From NCBI GenBank assembly GCA_951406725.2, contig OX597817.1:145080001-145144000 (forward strand): DNA of 64,000 nt, in the 5' to 3' direction. Made by a program: the position numbers and the translations under genes. This document shows positions 11,584 to 24,011 of the stretch, piece by piece (within the stretch, counting starts at the first letter, position 1; every line of letters begins with the position of its first letter). A model generated the notes under the pieces. That model saw only the letters and a list, made by a program, of their open reading frames with translations, had not been told where the DNA came from and made no database searches. This stretch comes from Octopus vulgaris (Eukaryota).

Positions 11584-11826
11584 GGTATGTGTGTATATGT
11601 TTGTGTCTGTTTGTCCCTCCCAACATTGTCTGACAACCGATACTTGTGTGTCCCATAACTTAGCAGTCTGGCAAAAGAGACTGATAGTACCAGGCTTACA
11701 AAGAAAAAGTCCTGGGGTTGATTTGCTCGACTATAGGCTGTGCTCCAGCAAGGCCGTAGTCAAATGACTGAGAGAAATAAAAGAATAAGAATTGCTCAAA
11801 TAGATATTCGTTTATCAAATAACTAA

Positions 11827-12010
11827 TCATCATCATCGTTATTTAATGTCCATTTCCCATGCTGGTATGGGTTGGACAGTTTGACCAGAGCTGACCAGCT
11901 GAAGAGCTGCCCAGGCTTCATGTCTGTTTTGGCATGGTTTCTACAGCTGGATGCTTTTCCTAACACCAACCACTTTACAGACTACTAAGTGCTTTTATGC
12001 AGCACCAGCG
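11827..12010 (-). mobile_element. RTE-type 3' end, older subfamily
   Basis: (CAT)n start, CCATGCTGGTATGGGTTGGAC, TTTCTACAGCTGGATG. Confidence 0.7.
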
Positions 12011-12104
12011 AGCCTGCAAGATTAGAGATACTCAGCCATAGAGGGTTGCAGGGGATGAACCTATACGCAAGGACCACCACTCTTTTATAAGTATATAAAT
12101 AGTA

Positions 12105-12460
12105 ATAATGGTTTCAGATTTTGCCACAAGGCCAGAAGTTTCAGGGTAGGGAGTAAGTCGATTATGGCAACCCCGGTGCTCAATTGGTACTTATTTTATC
12201 AACCCCGAAAGGATGAAAGGCAAAGTTGTCCTTGGTGGAATTTGAACTCACAACATAAAGGCAAACGAAATACTACTAAGCATTTTGCTCCATGTGTTAA
12301 TGATTGTACCAGCACACCACCTTAATAATTAATGATAATGCCTATTATAGGCACAAGGCCTGAAATTGGGGGCTGGGTTTAGTTAATTGTATGAACTGCT
12401 AATGCACAACTAGCTCTCATTTTATCAACCCCAAAAGGATGAAAGGCAAAGTCAACCTCA
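12105..12460 (-). mobile_element. Two SINE family B-related copies (variant tail)
   Basis: AAAGGATGAAAGGCAAAG core appears twice; CACAAGGCC tail variant. Confidence 0.75.
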
Positions 12461-12704
12461 GAATAATAATAATGATAATAATAATAACAATAATGATAAG
12501 TGAAGGTGTGAGGAATTAAAAGGAAAAGAAATATATGTATATTATAAATTGCCTCTTTCAGTAATATCATAATGAAGCAAAGTTGAAGAATATTTTTTCC
12601 CTCTTTGCTTCAATCAGATTCTGTTAATCTGAAGGTTTTAAGAGACATCTGTTTACTCAGGAGCTTTTTACCTTTTTTTCCCTTTTCTTTTTTATCCTTG
12701 AAAG

Positions 12705-12728
12705 GCCTCAGAGTCCTCAGCTGTTGGA
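12705..12728 (+). other. Weak candidate 24-nt microexon
   Basis: Pyrimidine tract of about 35 nt, AAG| acceptor, 24 nt open in all frames, |GTGAGA donor. Confidence 0.25.
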
Positions 12729-13155
12729 GTGAGACAAAAATAGGCGATAAAACTGAAGACTAATTAATCCCTGTATTCCCTAATTCCCAGTTCTCGTTTA
12801 CGTTCTATTTTTGTCTTCTTTTTAAAAAGACCCTAAATCTCTTTACTTATTAAACCCCTTTTCCTTTCTCTTTTTTTTCTTTTATTTTAGATATTATTTA
12901 TGTATTTGCTGCATAATTTTTTTTTCTTTTGCATATCTTTTAGAATGATAGCTAGATTAAAATATTAACTGTTGCAGGTGTTGATAAAGTTCGTCAAGAT
13001 GCAAATTAGCATATAAGGATACTGAAATATTTTTTCTCCCGCTGAGAAGAAACCTGAAGATAAGTGTAGATGTGTGTGCGCGTGTCATTTATATATATAT
13101 GTATTGATATATATATATATATCTTATGATAATATATTGATATTTATATATATAT

Positions 13156-13194
<39 letters not shown>

Positions 13195-14716
13195 GTAAAG
13201 GAATAGGGATTTGAAATCTGGGCAGGTATCTTATTAGCACTGATACAATCCAGATCTGGTTAACTACATTGAATGATAGGGAATATACAGAATCATTTAA
13301 AATAAACAATTTGATGGTACTTCATACAATAGGTAAATCCTGAGTTTGCTTCATTGGATTTCATACAGTACACAGAGTATATAATCAAGAGAATGGACGA
13401 TTATACATCTTCAAATATTTATTTATTAAAGCATTATATTCTCATCAAATTTGAATCTGACATCTTTCTGCTGGATAAGTGTCCTAGGGTTGTCTTTTGA
13501 TGTAGCAATCATGTGCATTTAGTTGATTTCAATTTAAATCAGTTGCAGTGTATATTCATCCAAGGTAGACGTAGACATTCCTATTCTAGCTTTGTTCAAG
13601 GTTTTCCTCATGCAGGTGGATCTATCTATCTGTCTGTCTATCTATCTATACACACAAACACACACAAAACTGAGATCATGAAGTTTGTCTCAAATCTTGT
13701 ACAAATATGCCATAAATTTGTTTAACCCTGGGGTGACCCTTATTGGGTAGAGCCATGATCCAAGCTCACCAACCATGATCATCTCATCTTATTTTCTGAT
13801 AGTGTTTCCCAAACCATTATCCTAATTGTGTCTCTTTTTTTCCTTTCTTCTCAAGATGCCTAGATGTGATTTTAGGGAAATTTTGGCTGCATTTTCTAGC
13901 AAAGACAAATGGAAAGGGAAGTGATAGGCATGCTAAGAACGAATTCTGAACCTGAATTTAGTTTTGTTTTCTAATTCTTCTAGATTAGGTCACTTGTAAC
14001 AAAACAAAACAATCATAGAAAATATTGCCATTATAATTAACGAGTCTGCATAGAACAAGGAAAGCTCTTTCCTTTGGTGAGTGGATATAGGTCATTATAT
14101 TCTTTATTTTTTTTTGGCTCTTCTGAGAAAAATACTTAGGAATCTAGGTTTTGTTAAATCCTTTTTTTCTTTTGCTTCTATGTTTTTCTTCCACTCTTGA
14201 TGTTTTTCTTCAGTTTTAATAACCTTTGTTTTGTATTATTATTATTTTCACACATCATAATATTTTTAACTCTGAGGTTATCAACAACCTAACAAAAATA
14301 TCCATTCCTTAGCCTCGTCGTTTTTTGTGTTGGCAGAAAATAGATGTCAAACTGTCAAACTCCATAAGCAACAAATTATGGAGTTAATTTGTTGAACAAA
14401 TGAAGTGAAATAACTAAAATACATGTGATATAATAACTACTTATAACACACAGGACATGTATTGAGTCCTTCACATTTTATTTATACTACACTTGACACT
14501 TCTCTCAGCTAATTAGTATTGATTTGCTATCCTTATTACTTCAGCCAACCGTCATTTGCAAGTTTCGTGCTTTCCTGAATCACTTGAGGTGTCAATTATG
14601 CCATTTCTCTACTATGTGATACTGTTGTCTCTCGCAGACCATCTGAAGCACCAGTTGGTCCTGAAGATCACAGGTCAGGTTGTAGATGTCAACAGTCCTC
14701 CACATTTAATGATTAC

Positions 14717-14975
14717 ATCATTATCATCGTTTAACGTCCACTTTCCATGTTAGCATGGGTTGGACGGTTCGACCGGGGTCTGAAAGCCATGGAGGCTGCA
14801 CCAGGCCCAGTCTGATCTGGCAGTGTTTCTACAGCTGGATGCCCTTCCTAACATCAACCACTCTATGAGTGTAGTGGGTGCTTTTTATATGCCACCGGCA
14901 CGGAGGCCAGTCGAGGCGGTGCTGGCAACGGCCACGTTCGGATGGTTCTTTTACGTGCCACCGGCACTGGTATCA
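14717..14975 (-). mobile_element. RTE LINE 3' end
   Basis: Reverse complement of the 11050-11331-type sequence. Confidence 0.88.
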
Positions 14976-14999
14976 CGAGCGGAAAATGAAGGCACATGC

Positions 15000-15310
15000 T
15001 TTAGCCGTTTGGATATTCAGCTTACAATTGTATACTCATTAGTTTGATTTTCAAAGACATGTTGTGTCCTTGAGCAAGACACTTTATTTTACATTCCAGT
15101 CCACTCAGCTAGTAAAAATTAGTTGTTTCTGTATTTCAAAGAGCCAGCCTTGTCGCATTGTGTGTCATGCTGAATATCCTTGAGAACTACATTAAGGGTA
15201 CACATGTCTGTGGAGTGCTCAGCCACTTGCATGTTAATTTCAGGAACAGGCTGTTCCATTGATCAGATCAACTGGAACAGTCACTGTTGTAACCAATGGC
15301 ATGCCAAAGG
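15000..15310 (+). mobile_element. SINE family C
   Basis: TTGTGTCCTTGAGCAAGACACTTTATTT; GAGAACTACATTAAGGGTAC (uninterrupted TTAA site). Confidence 0.75.
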
Positions 15311-15401
15311 GTCGGAGTAGAAACAATTCCAGTTTTAGTTGCCCTGCTATCTATGCGACTCCCCAAACAGAGAAAAGATATAAAGAGTGTTTGGAACTGA
15401 C

Positions 15402-15600
15402 ATCATCATCATCATCATCATCATCATTTAACATCCGCTTTCCATGCTAGCATGGGTTGGGCGATTTGACTGAGGACTGGCGAACCAGATGGCTGCACCA
15501 GGCTCCAATCTTGATCTTCCAGAGTTTCTACAGCTGAATGCCCTTCCTAATGCCAACCACTCCGAGAGTGTAGTGGGTGCTTTTACGTGCCACTGGCACA
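15402..15600 (-). mobile_element. RTE LINE 3' end
   Basis: (CAT)n followed by TTTAACATCCGCTTTCCATGCTAGCATGGGTTGG. Confidence 0.88.
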
Positions 15601-15992
15601 GTGTCCCAAAAACAAAAGTTGCATTGAAGCTCCAGTCTGCAGCCCTTGCATTTAAATCCATTGAAGAGCACAACCATTACCATACTTTCAATAATTGTTT
15701 TCGGTGCCTATAAAGGTGAGCAGACATAAACACCCTCTCAGGCCCCTTCACCCTTAATCAAGCAACACATCTAGAGTCTGACAGCTGGACAGAGAGGTGG
15801 CTGCATCAGTTTCCGGTTGGTATTCATTTACAGCTGTGTAAACTGGAGCAGCATGAAGTGAGTGTTTTGTTTAAGGACACAGTGCACTGCCAAGACCAGG
15901 ATTTGGTCTTCTAATCATGAGCCAAAACCTTGACCTTTAGGCCACACACTTCTACTGATGGAAGTGGCTTTAGATGGGTATAATGAATAAAC

Positions 15993-16440
15993 TTGAGTCA
16001 AGTAAAACCAATATTGTAGCTGTGGCCAGTGCCCCCTGGCTGGCTCCCATGCCAGTGACATGTAAAAAGCACCATCTGTATGTGGTCAATGCCAGGTCCG
16101 CCTGACTGGCTCCCATGCTGGTGGCGCATACAAGCACCATTTGAACATGATCGATGCTAGGCCTGGCTGACTGGCTCCCATGCCGGTGGCACATAAAAAG
16201 CACCATCTATACGTGGTTGATGCCAGGTCCGCCTGATTGGCTCTGGTTCCAGTTGCACGTAAAAAGCACCCAGTACACTCTTGGAGTGGTTGGAATTAGG
16301 AAGAGCATCCAACTGTAGAAAGATTGCCAGATCAGATTGGAACTTGGTGCAGCCACTGGCTCTCCAGACCTCAGTCAAACCGTCCAACCCATGCCAGCAT
16401 GGAAAACGGATATTAAACGATGATGATGATGATGATGATG
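15993..16440 (+). mobile_element. RTE LINE 3' UTR with hairpin repeats
   Basis: About 4 diverged units; ends (GAT)n. Confidence 0.88.
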
Positions 16441-16444
16441 TGTT

Positions 16445-17170
16445 TTCAAGAGGACGATGAAAAGATATGGGCATATCTTTATAACAAACCATCAATTTCT
16501 TGAACTGCAGACTTATACTCTAACAACTTGGCCAACTGCAAAATTTCAATCAACTTTGGCATTGTTTGAATCAACCTCAGAATTTTAACTTTGTAAAGAA
16601 TTCCATTGCAAAAGGCCAGAAGGAGACTTTTATAGCTTACACAATATCTACATTTTTACACTTGGTATATTAGATTTTGTTAAAAGTTAATAAGCTCTCT
16701 TACTTTGAGCATCAAACTTTCTAATATGCCTGCAATCCCAGTGTTTAATTTAAATACCAGAATCTGTGACCATCCACCAGTAATAACAGCAGCAACTTGC
16801 TTGCATAAAGATTCAGGTTTATATTAATCAAGTTGGTAACTGACCACACAGGTTTTCGGCTCAAGGTAATCTAATATCAACATCTTGGTCCTCGATCAAT
16901 TTCTTCATCTTCTGATGCAGTTTTATTATTCAAAACCGTTCCAGCATGAGACTGTAAGCAAAAGAGAATTCAGTACTTTTATATTCCTAATTCCAGCTTT
17001 TATATCATTCAACCAGCACTTTGTTGTTACTCAACTAATATTCAATTATTGTCTTTGTATTTCCTTTCTCCAATACTCAATCGGATATTCAATAAATTAT
17101 GTCTGGCCTATACAACAGTCTATCATTGGCATCTCCAGCATTTAAATGTATATTTCGTCACCTTCTGAAT
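16445..17170 (-). pseudogene. Highly decayed hAT-like transposase relic
   Basis: Broken minus-strand translation gives VAAVITGG (cf. the VTD.G motif), ILESLMLKVRELINF and QWNSL...ILRLIQ (cf. TRWNS..ML.RL), in the hAT order; many stops. Confidence 0.5.
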
Positions 17171-17989
17171 AGGCCTCCAGCAGAATATATTATTAATCTC
17201 TCCTTCCACTCCCCCTTCTCTCTCTTATACTATTTCATAAATACATACACATGACTATATTTCTTTCCATATAGCCACCACCATCACCACCACCACCACC
17301 GCCATCATAATCCTCCTCTTTCTCTTCCTCATTATACCCATCTTCTTTCATATCTGTTTTATTTTCTCAATTAGTCACTAAGAATATCCTCCATTTGTAA
17401 TACTTTCTTCACTACTAACCCTTTTTGTTTTCTTTTTCTCCCCTTCTTTTGTTTATATTTTGTTTCGTTTTGTTTTCTCTCCCCCACCCCCACTCCCCAC
17501 TGTCTCCCAGTTCTCTTGTTCTGTTGCTTTCAAGAGATAACATCACATGTGGTGTGATAACAATTTTCAATCTGCTTACTAAGTTCTAAGAGCCTGATTG
17601 TGATTCCTTATACCTGTGTGAAGCTTCTGTATCAAGGGCTGACTGAACCCCTTCTGGTTGGTGGGGGTGGTAATGTGGTAGTGTAGGGGTAAGACACCAA
17701 CGTTTTGATTTATTACATCTGTTGACCTCAATATTTAAAGGGGTTTGTTTTTCCCTACTTTTAGTGTTTTTAAGCAACAACAAAAAAAATAAATAAATCA
17801 CTAAATTCTGGAAATTAAATCAGAACTCCATAGCAAAATCAGGAAGAATATAAGACTTATCTTCAACCAATATGACCAGTCTTTGTTGTGCCACCACCAT
17901 TAATCTTTATCTATTATTTGTTTCATCCATTGAATCATAGCCATGCTGAGGCACTTTCTTAAATGGTTTAATCCAATAGTTCTCACCTG

Positions 17990-18591
17990 GGGTCCAGATA
18001 AGATTTTGCTGTGCTTGAGAAGACCCGACAAGCCAAATGAGACCATAACCTGTGGCCTATGCTAGTGGGTGTAAGCATCCCATTTATGATTACTCCTCAT
18101 TCACTGGACAATAAACTTTGCTTGCAAAGACCTGTTGAGGCAAATGAAATCAAAATCAAAATCGCTGACATGACCATTGACAGTACCGCCTGATTGGCAC
18201 TTGTGCAGTGGAATGTTAAAAGCACCATCTGAGTATGATCGTTGCCAGGGCCACTGATTGGCTCCTGTGCCAGTGGAACATAAAAGGCACCATTCGAGTG
18301 GGATCGTTGCCAGCGTCACCTTACTTGCACATGTGCTGGTGACATGTGAAAAACAACATTCGAGTGTGGTCATTACCAGTGCCACCAGACTGGCTCCCAT
18401 GCTGATGGCACGTAAAATCACCCGCTACACTCTAGTGGTTGGCATTAAGAAAGGCATCCATCTGTAGAAACTTTGCAGATCAGATTAGAGCCTGGTACAG
18501 CTTTCTGGCTCGCCAGTCCTCAGTCAAACCATCCAACCCATGCCAGCATGGAAAGCGGATGTTAAACAACGATGCTGATGATGATGATGAT
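17990..18591 (+). mobile_element. RTE LINE 3' UTR with hairpin repeats
   Basis: Homologous to 10800-11331; GAT tail at about 18570-18591. Confidence 0.85.
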
Positions 18592-18889
18592 CTATGTGCA
18601 ATCAATTGCTTATACTTCTATATAAAATGCACAAAATTTTTAAAGTTTTTTATTCAATTCTTAATGATATTTAATTATAAAAATACAGTAGGATTATTTT
18701 TCATATACAGGGTGTGGGACTAAAGTAGAAGACACTTACCTAAGGTTCCACACAGTGGAATTGAACCCAAAATCATGTTTGCAAAGCAAACTTTCTTAAC
18801 CATATATCCATTCCTGCTACGTTACATTTCCTTATGCTTTAATCACATTGAGCTCTATCATAATTCATTTTCTTTTATTTTCATTGCAG

Positions 18890-18919
18890 GTGAGTACCAA
18901 CATTATGACGACAATAGTG
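18890..18919 (+). CDS. Candidate 30-nt microexon (phase 1: xEYQHYDDNSx; phase 0: VSTNIMTTIV)
   Basis: Acceptor TTTTCTTTTATTTTCATTGCAG|, donor |GTAAGT, length divisible by 3, unique sequence. Confidence 0.55.
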
Positions 18920-19220
18920 GTAAGTCTGATTCCCTATTAACAACACATTCTTCACAGAAGGATTTATTTCCAATCTGATCGACTCAACTTGCATGTATTG
19001 AATATTGATTTAGTAATGATTTGAATAGTTTAAAAGAACAAGTTTTGAGAAAATATAAAAACAGATGCACTGTTCCAACTCCATTCTATAAAGTTACAGA
19101 TTTATCATTAATACTTTTTGCTATAACTGTAAAGAATTCTATGTTTACACGATATTACACACATACTCATACTTACGTACAAATACACACACAGAAACAC
19201 ACACAGTCGCAGACACACAA

Positions 19221-19513
19221 AACAATTGCAATGTAGGAAAGTCGTGTTAGCCATTTAAAATACACATATTTACCATTTTACCATTGTGCTCGGTTTTGTT
19301 TTCTTTTGTGCTCGCATTGTATATACTGCTGTAATGTGTTTAAAAAAGAAGAACTATCATCATATATGATGACACACTTCTGCTCTGATGGTATTGTGTC
19401 AATGACAGATCATAGAAGAGTACAATAGTATTACAAAATCAAACAAAAGCAAATATATTATAGCGATATGTGTTTTTAAATGGCCAACATGTCTCTTCCA
19501 CAATGTAATTATT
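19221..19513. repeat. Degenerate inverted repeat (about 49-bp arms)
   Basis: 19221-19269 versus the reverse complement of 19466-19513 aligns by eye with about 6 substitutions and 3 single-base gaps; the arms resemble 30005-30055. Confidence 0.75.
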
Positions 19514-19646
19514 TCAGTTTCAGTGAACAACCTCAGATCAAATCATTTTGCCACTCAAATACGTCAAAACACACAAACACATACGTACAAAATACAGACA
19601 TGTGTGCACATAGGCGCAAAACAAGGTGAAAAAAATAACACTTGAA

Positions 19647-20096
19647 GGCGGCGAGCTGGCAGAAACGTTAGCACGTCGGGCGAAATGCTTTGCGGTATTC
19701 CATCTGCCATTACGTTCTGAGTTCAAATTCCGCCGAGGTTGACTTTGCCTTTCATCCTTTCGGGGTCGATAAATTAAGTACCAGTTATGCACTGGGATCG
19801 ATATAATCGACTTAATCCATTTGTCTGTCCTTGTTTGTCCCCTCTGTGTGTAGCCCCTTGTGGGCAGTAAAGAAATAAGAAACGTTAGCACACCAGGCAA
19901 AATGCTTTGCGGTATTTCGTCTGCCGTTACGTTCTGAGTTCAAATTCTGCCGAGGTCGACTTTGCCATTCATCCTTTCGGGGTCGATAAATTAAGTACCA
20001 GTTACGCACTGGGGTCGATGTAATCAACTTAACCCTTTTGTCTGTCCTTGTTTGTCCCTTCTATGTTTAGCCCTTTGTGGGCAATAAAGAAATAAG
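19647..20096 (+). mobile_element. Head-to-tail SINE family B dimer within one 14-bp TSD
   Basis: AAATAACACTTGAA at 19633-19646 and 20097-20110; the second monomer starts at AGAAACGTTAGC, about 19878. Confidence 0.9.
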
Positions 20097-20211
20097 AAAT
20101 AACACTTGAATTCCTAAGATGGAGTAAAATAGTTTTATTGAAGTTGAGAAGACTTCACAAACTGTTACTCAGAGTTTCACTTAACCTGTATCAGATAGCC
20201 ATGAGTGTGAT

Positions 20212-20349
20212 ATATATGAGTGTATAAAAATTTATACATGTATTAAGAATGTTCTTTTCATGGCTTAGGATCTGACTGCCCTTTTTAACATGTAAGAAGT
20301 CTACATAGTGGTCTTCTCTCCATGTATAAATTTTTATACACTCATATAT
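20212..20349. repeat. Perfect 29-bp inverted repeat, 80-bp spacer
   Basis: ATATATGAGTGTATAAAAATTTATACATG (20212-20240) and its exact reverse complement (20321-20349). Confidence 0.92.
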
Positions 20350-20447
20350 TATAAAAATATTTACGTCTGCTGACTTTTTTTACACATGCTAACTAACCAC
20401 TGGTATAAATTATTATTTTTAATAATTTTTACCCTTGTATTTATTTA

Positions 20448-20479
20448 TTGATAGATAGGTAAAATAGATAGATTGATAG

Positions 20480-20510
<31 letters not shown>

Positions 20511-20646
20511 GATAGATAGGAAGGTAGATAGATAGATAGATAGATAGATAGGAAGGTAGATAGATAGATAGATAGATAAGAAGGTAGATAGATATATAGA
20601 TAGATAGATAGATAGATAGATCTGTGTGAGAGAGAGAGACAGAGAG
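20448..20646. repeat. (GATA)n microsatellite followed by (GA)n
   Basis: Direct inspection. Confidence 0.95.
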
Positions 20647-21044
20647 TTTTGTGAATATCGTGTTTTAGTTGAAAGAAATATTATTGACATGAAACTTCAA
20701 ATTTGGTTTTAAAAAAAAATTTCCTATGTTCCACATAGAATTTATGGAAGAGGAATTTTTCTCATCGAATCTGTATGACCAAATAAAAAACAGAACAGAA
20801 CAGAACAGAAAAGATAAAAAAAAAAAATATTTATCAACTTTTATTTGCAGATAAAGCATGTTACACATTTGTAATGTATAGAATCCTGAATCTTTCTCCC
20901 TGATATTTCTATTGGTATTCATGACCAGCACCATCCATTAGAAAACTTCCAGAAACCCCATATGTGATCGGGTTTTGATATTTGGTTGAAGACATTTCAC
21001 ATCTCTTATGTTGCTAAATTCTTTGTAAAAAGTATAAACATTAC

Positions 21045-21690
21045 GCATGGTTATGTGGTAAGAAGTTTGCTTCTCAACCACATGGTTCCGGGTTCAGTCC
21101 CACTGTGTGGCACTTTGGCAAGTGTCTTCTACTATAACCTCTGGCCAACCAAAACCTTGTGAGTGAATTTAATTGATGGAAACTGAAAGAAGCCCGTCAT
21201 ATATGTGTGTGTCTTTGTATATATGTGTGCAGCGAGCTGGCAGACACATTAGCGCGCCGGGTGAAATGCTTAGCGGTTTTCATCTGCCGTTACGTTCTGA
21301 GTTCAAATTCCGCTGAGGTTGACTTTGCCTTTCACCCTTTCGGGGTCGATAAATTAAGTACCAGTTACGCACTGGAGTCGATATAATCAACTTAATCCCT
21401 TTGTCTGTCCTTGTTTGTCCCCTCTATGTTTAGCCCCTTGTGGGTAATAAAGAAATATATATATATGTGTGTGTCTTTGTGTCTATGGTTGTCCCTCATC
21501 ACCACTTGACAGCTGGTGTTGGTGTGTTTACATCCTAATAACTTAGCAGTTTGGTGAAAGAGACCAATAGAATAAGTACCAGATTAAAGAGAAATATGTA
21601 CTGGGGTCAATTCATTCGACTAAAAACTCTTCAAGGTGGTGCCCCAGCATGGCCACAGTTTAATGACTGAAACAAGTAAAAGATAAAAGA
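21045..21690 (+). mobile_element. SINE family A with nested SINE B (21229-21455)
   Basis: B is inserted in the central microsatellite of A; ATATATGTGTGTGTCTTTGT occurs on both sides. Confidence 0.88.
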
Positions 21691-23099
21691 TGACAACCTG
21701 CATTTCTCATTCTCTCTCAATATATCATGGTCAATCCATCATGTTGATGGATACCTTTTATTTCAGAAAGTGGAATAGTCCGTCTCCTTTATTTACATTT
21801 GTAATTAATGTAATAAACAAGCAAATACTCTCCCACCTCTCTTTATTGGTATTCATTACTTTTAGAGGTTTCATTGCTCTCTTTATAATTCTCCTCTTCT
21901 GTTCTGGTTTTAAGATGTTATCCAGCAAAATTACTTGTGTTTAAATTTTTCCCTTCTATTTTTCTTTTTGTGAAATATTACCTTGCTTAGAAACAAATAA
22001 ATGTGGGTAACAGGAGGGGCATTTGACCATAGAAAACTTGCCTCCATGACTTGTGCATGACTAATGCAAATATGAAAAAGTGGACATTATAACACCATTG
22101 ATGAAGATAATGGTTGTCCAACAGTAATTGAATGAAAATGGCCTGTGAAAGACCAATACATTGGTAGAGGTGGTGATGTCAGGCGTGGGGATGGTGTGTC
22201 TCACAAACAAGATGGCACAGAACCATAAAGAATAGCAAGAATTTATACAGCAGCAGACTGTTCTAATTCCTTGTCAGCCTGGGAGAATGGATGTCAAAAT
22301 TAAAAGACAATGATGATGGCATTGATTATATTTAGTATGTTTTTCTTTGTTTTTTTTTTTATATTTGTTCTTGTATATATTTTTCTATGCTGGTATAGGC
22401 TGGGGTGGTGGATTCTTTTGGCACAATTAATTTTACAGCTCAATGATTTCCTATAACTAATCACTCAACAATGGCATTGTGAGTGAAACCTATTTGTCAG
22501 CCAGGCAGATCAAGGAATGATACTCTAATACCTTGTCAAGAATGTGTCCATTATAGTAAAGTTCATCACTATAGTTCGTTTATGGCCTCTATTTTAAGCT
22601 GAGATTTACCACTAATCAATGCTGTCGACAATTACTTATTAACTGCCCAGGCAAGCTCATACGAAAATACATTATCAAAGAAATACTTTCTACATGTTAG
22701 CGTTGTTTTACTTAACAATGGAAATATAATACCATACTATAGAAATGTAATTATTTCTTTCAAAAACTTATGGCTGGTAGCTTCTCCCTGTAGTACCCTA
22801 CCATTTTCATAATATCCTAACATTTTTTACTAAATAAAAAAAGGCCCAACCCTAAACAAATAACTCACACATTCGCATATGCACACATACACACACGTCT
22901 AAATTACTTGTAGTTGCAACACGAAACTTGTATAAACGCTTAAAACATTGCTGAACAAGGCCCAGTTATGAATTCTGTTTTTTCTTTATTACCTTCACTT
23001 TTGTATGACTGAAAAAGGGGAAAAAAAAATAAAATAAAATAAAACTGAAACACTTTTTTCTTCTTGACATTGTTATTACCAAAAAGAAGAGAAAAAAAT

Positions 23100-23688
<589 letters not shown>

Positions 23689-23958
23689 GGATTTGTTCCC
23701 ACCATCTTAAAGTGCCAGTATCTTGGTTGTTGTAATAACAAAGATGACAAGCTTTGAACCAGCTGCAAATATATATAATCTTCAGACATGTTAGATATTC
23801 TCAGATTTTTCAGCATCTAGTTATGTTGGAGAGATTATCTTTGTTTGTACTCTTTCCATTTTGCCGCCTTTCCTATCAAATGTCTGCAAACTGTTTTACG
23901 GGGTGGGGTGGAGCGGCGTAGGTACATGGTTTTGTTTTCCTATTTTGTGTGTGTGTGC

Positions 23959-24011
<53 letters not shown>

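Larger units (their letters stand above)
10118..11790 (+). mobile_element. SINE family A host split by an RTE LINE and SINE B
   Basis: Head 10118-10263; resumes AACTGAAAGAAGCC at 11333; resumes again at about 11584 to the tail AAAGAATAAGA. Confidence 0.88.

Noticed and set aside
12978-13010. Acceptor TTGCAG|GTGTTG
   Set aside because: Poor pyrimidine tract, early stop in phase 1, no donor.
17530-17694. Possible exon ending at GGG|GTAAGA (17689)
   Set aside because: Stops in all three frames and no clear acceptor; could be non-coding but cannot be supported.
23814-23926. Possible exon ending at TAG|GTACAT
   Set aside because: Weak donor and acceptor; frame not compatible with the other candidates.
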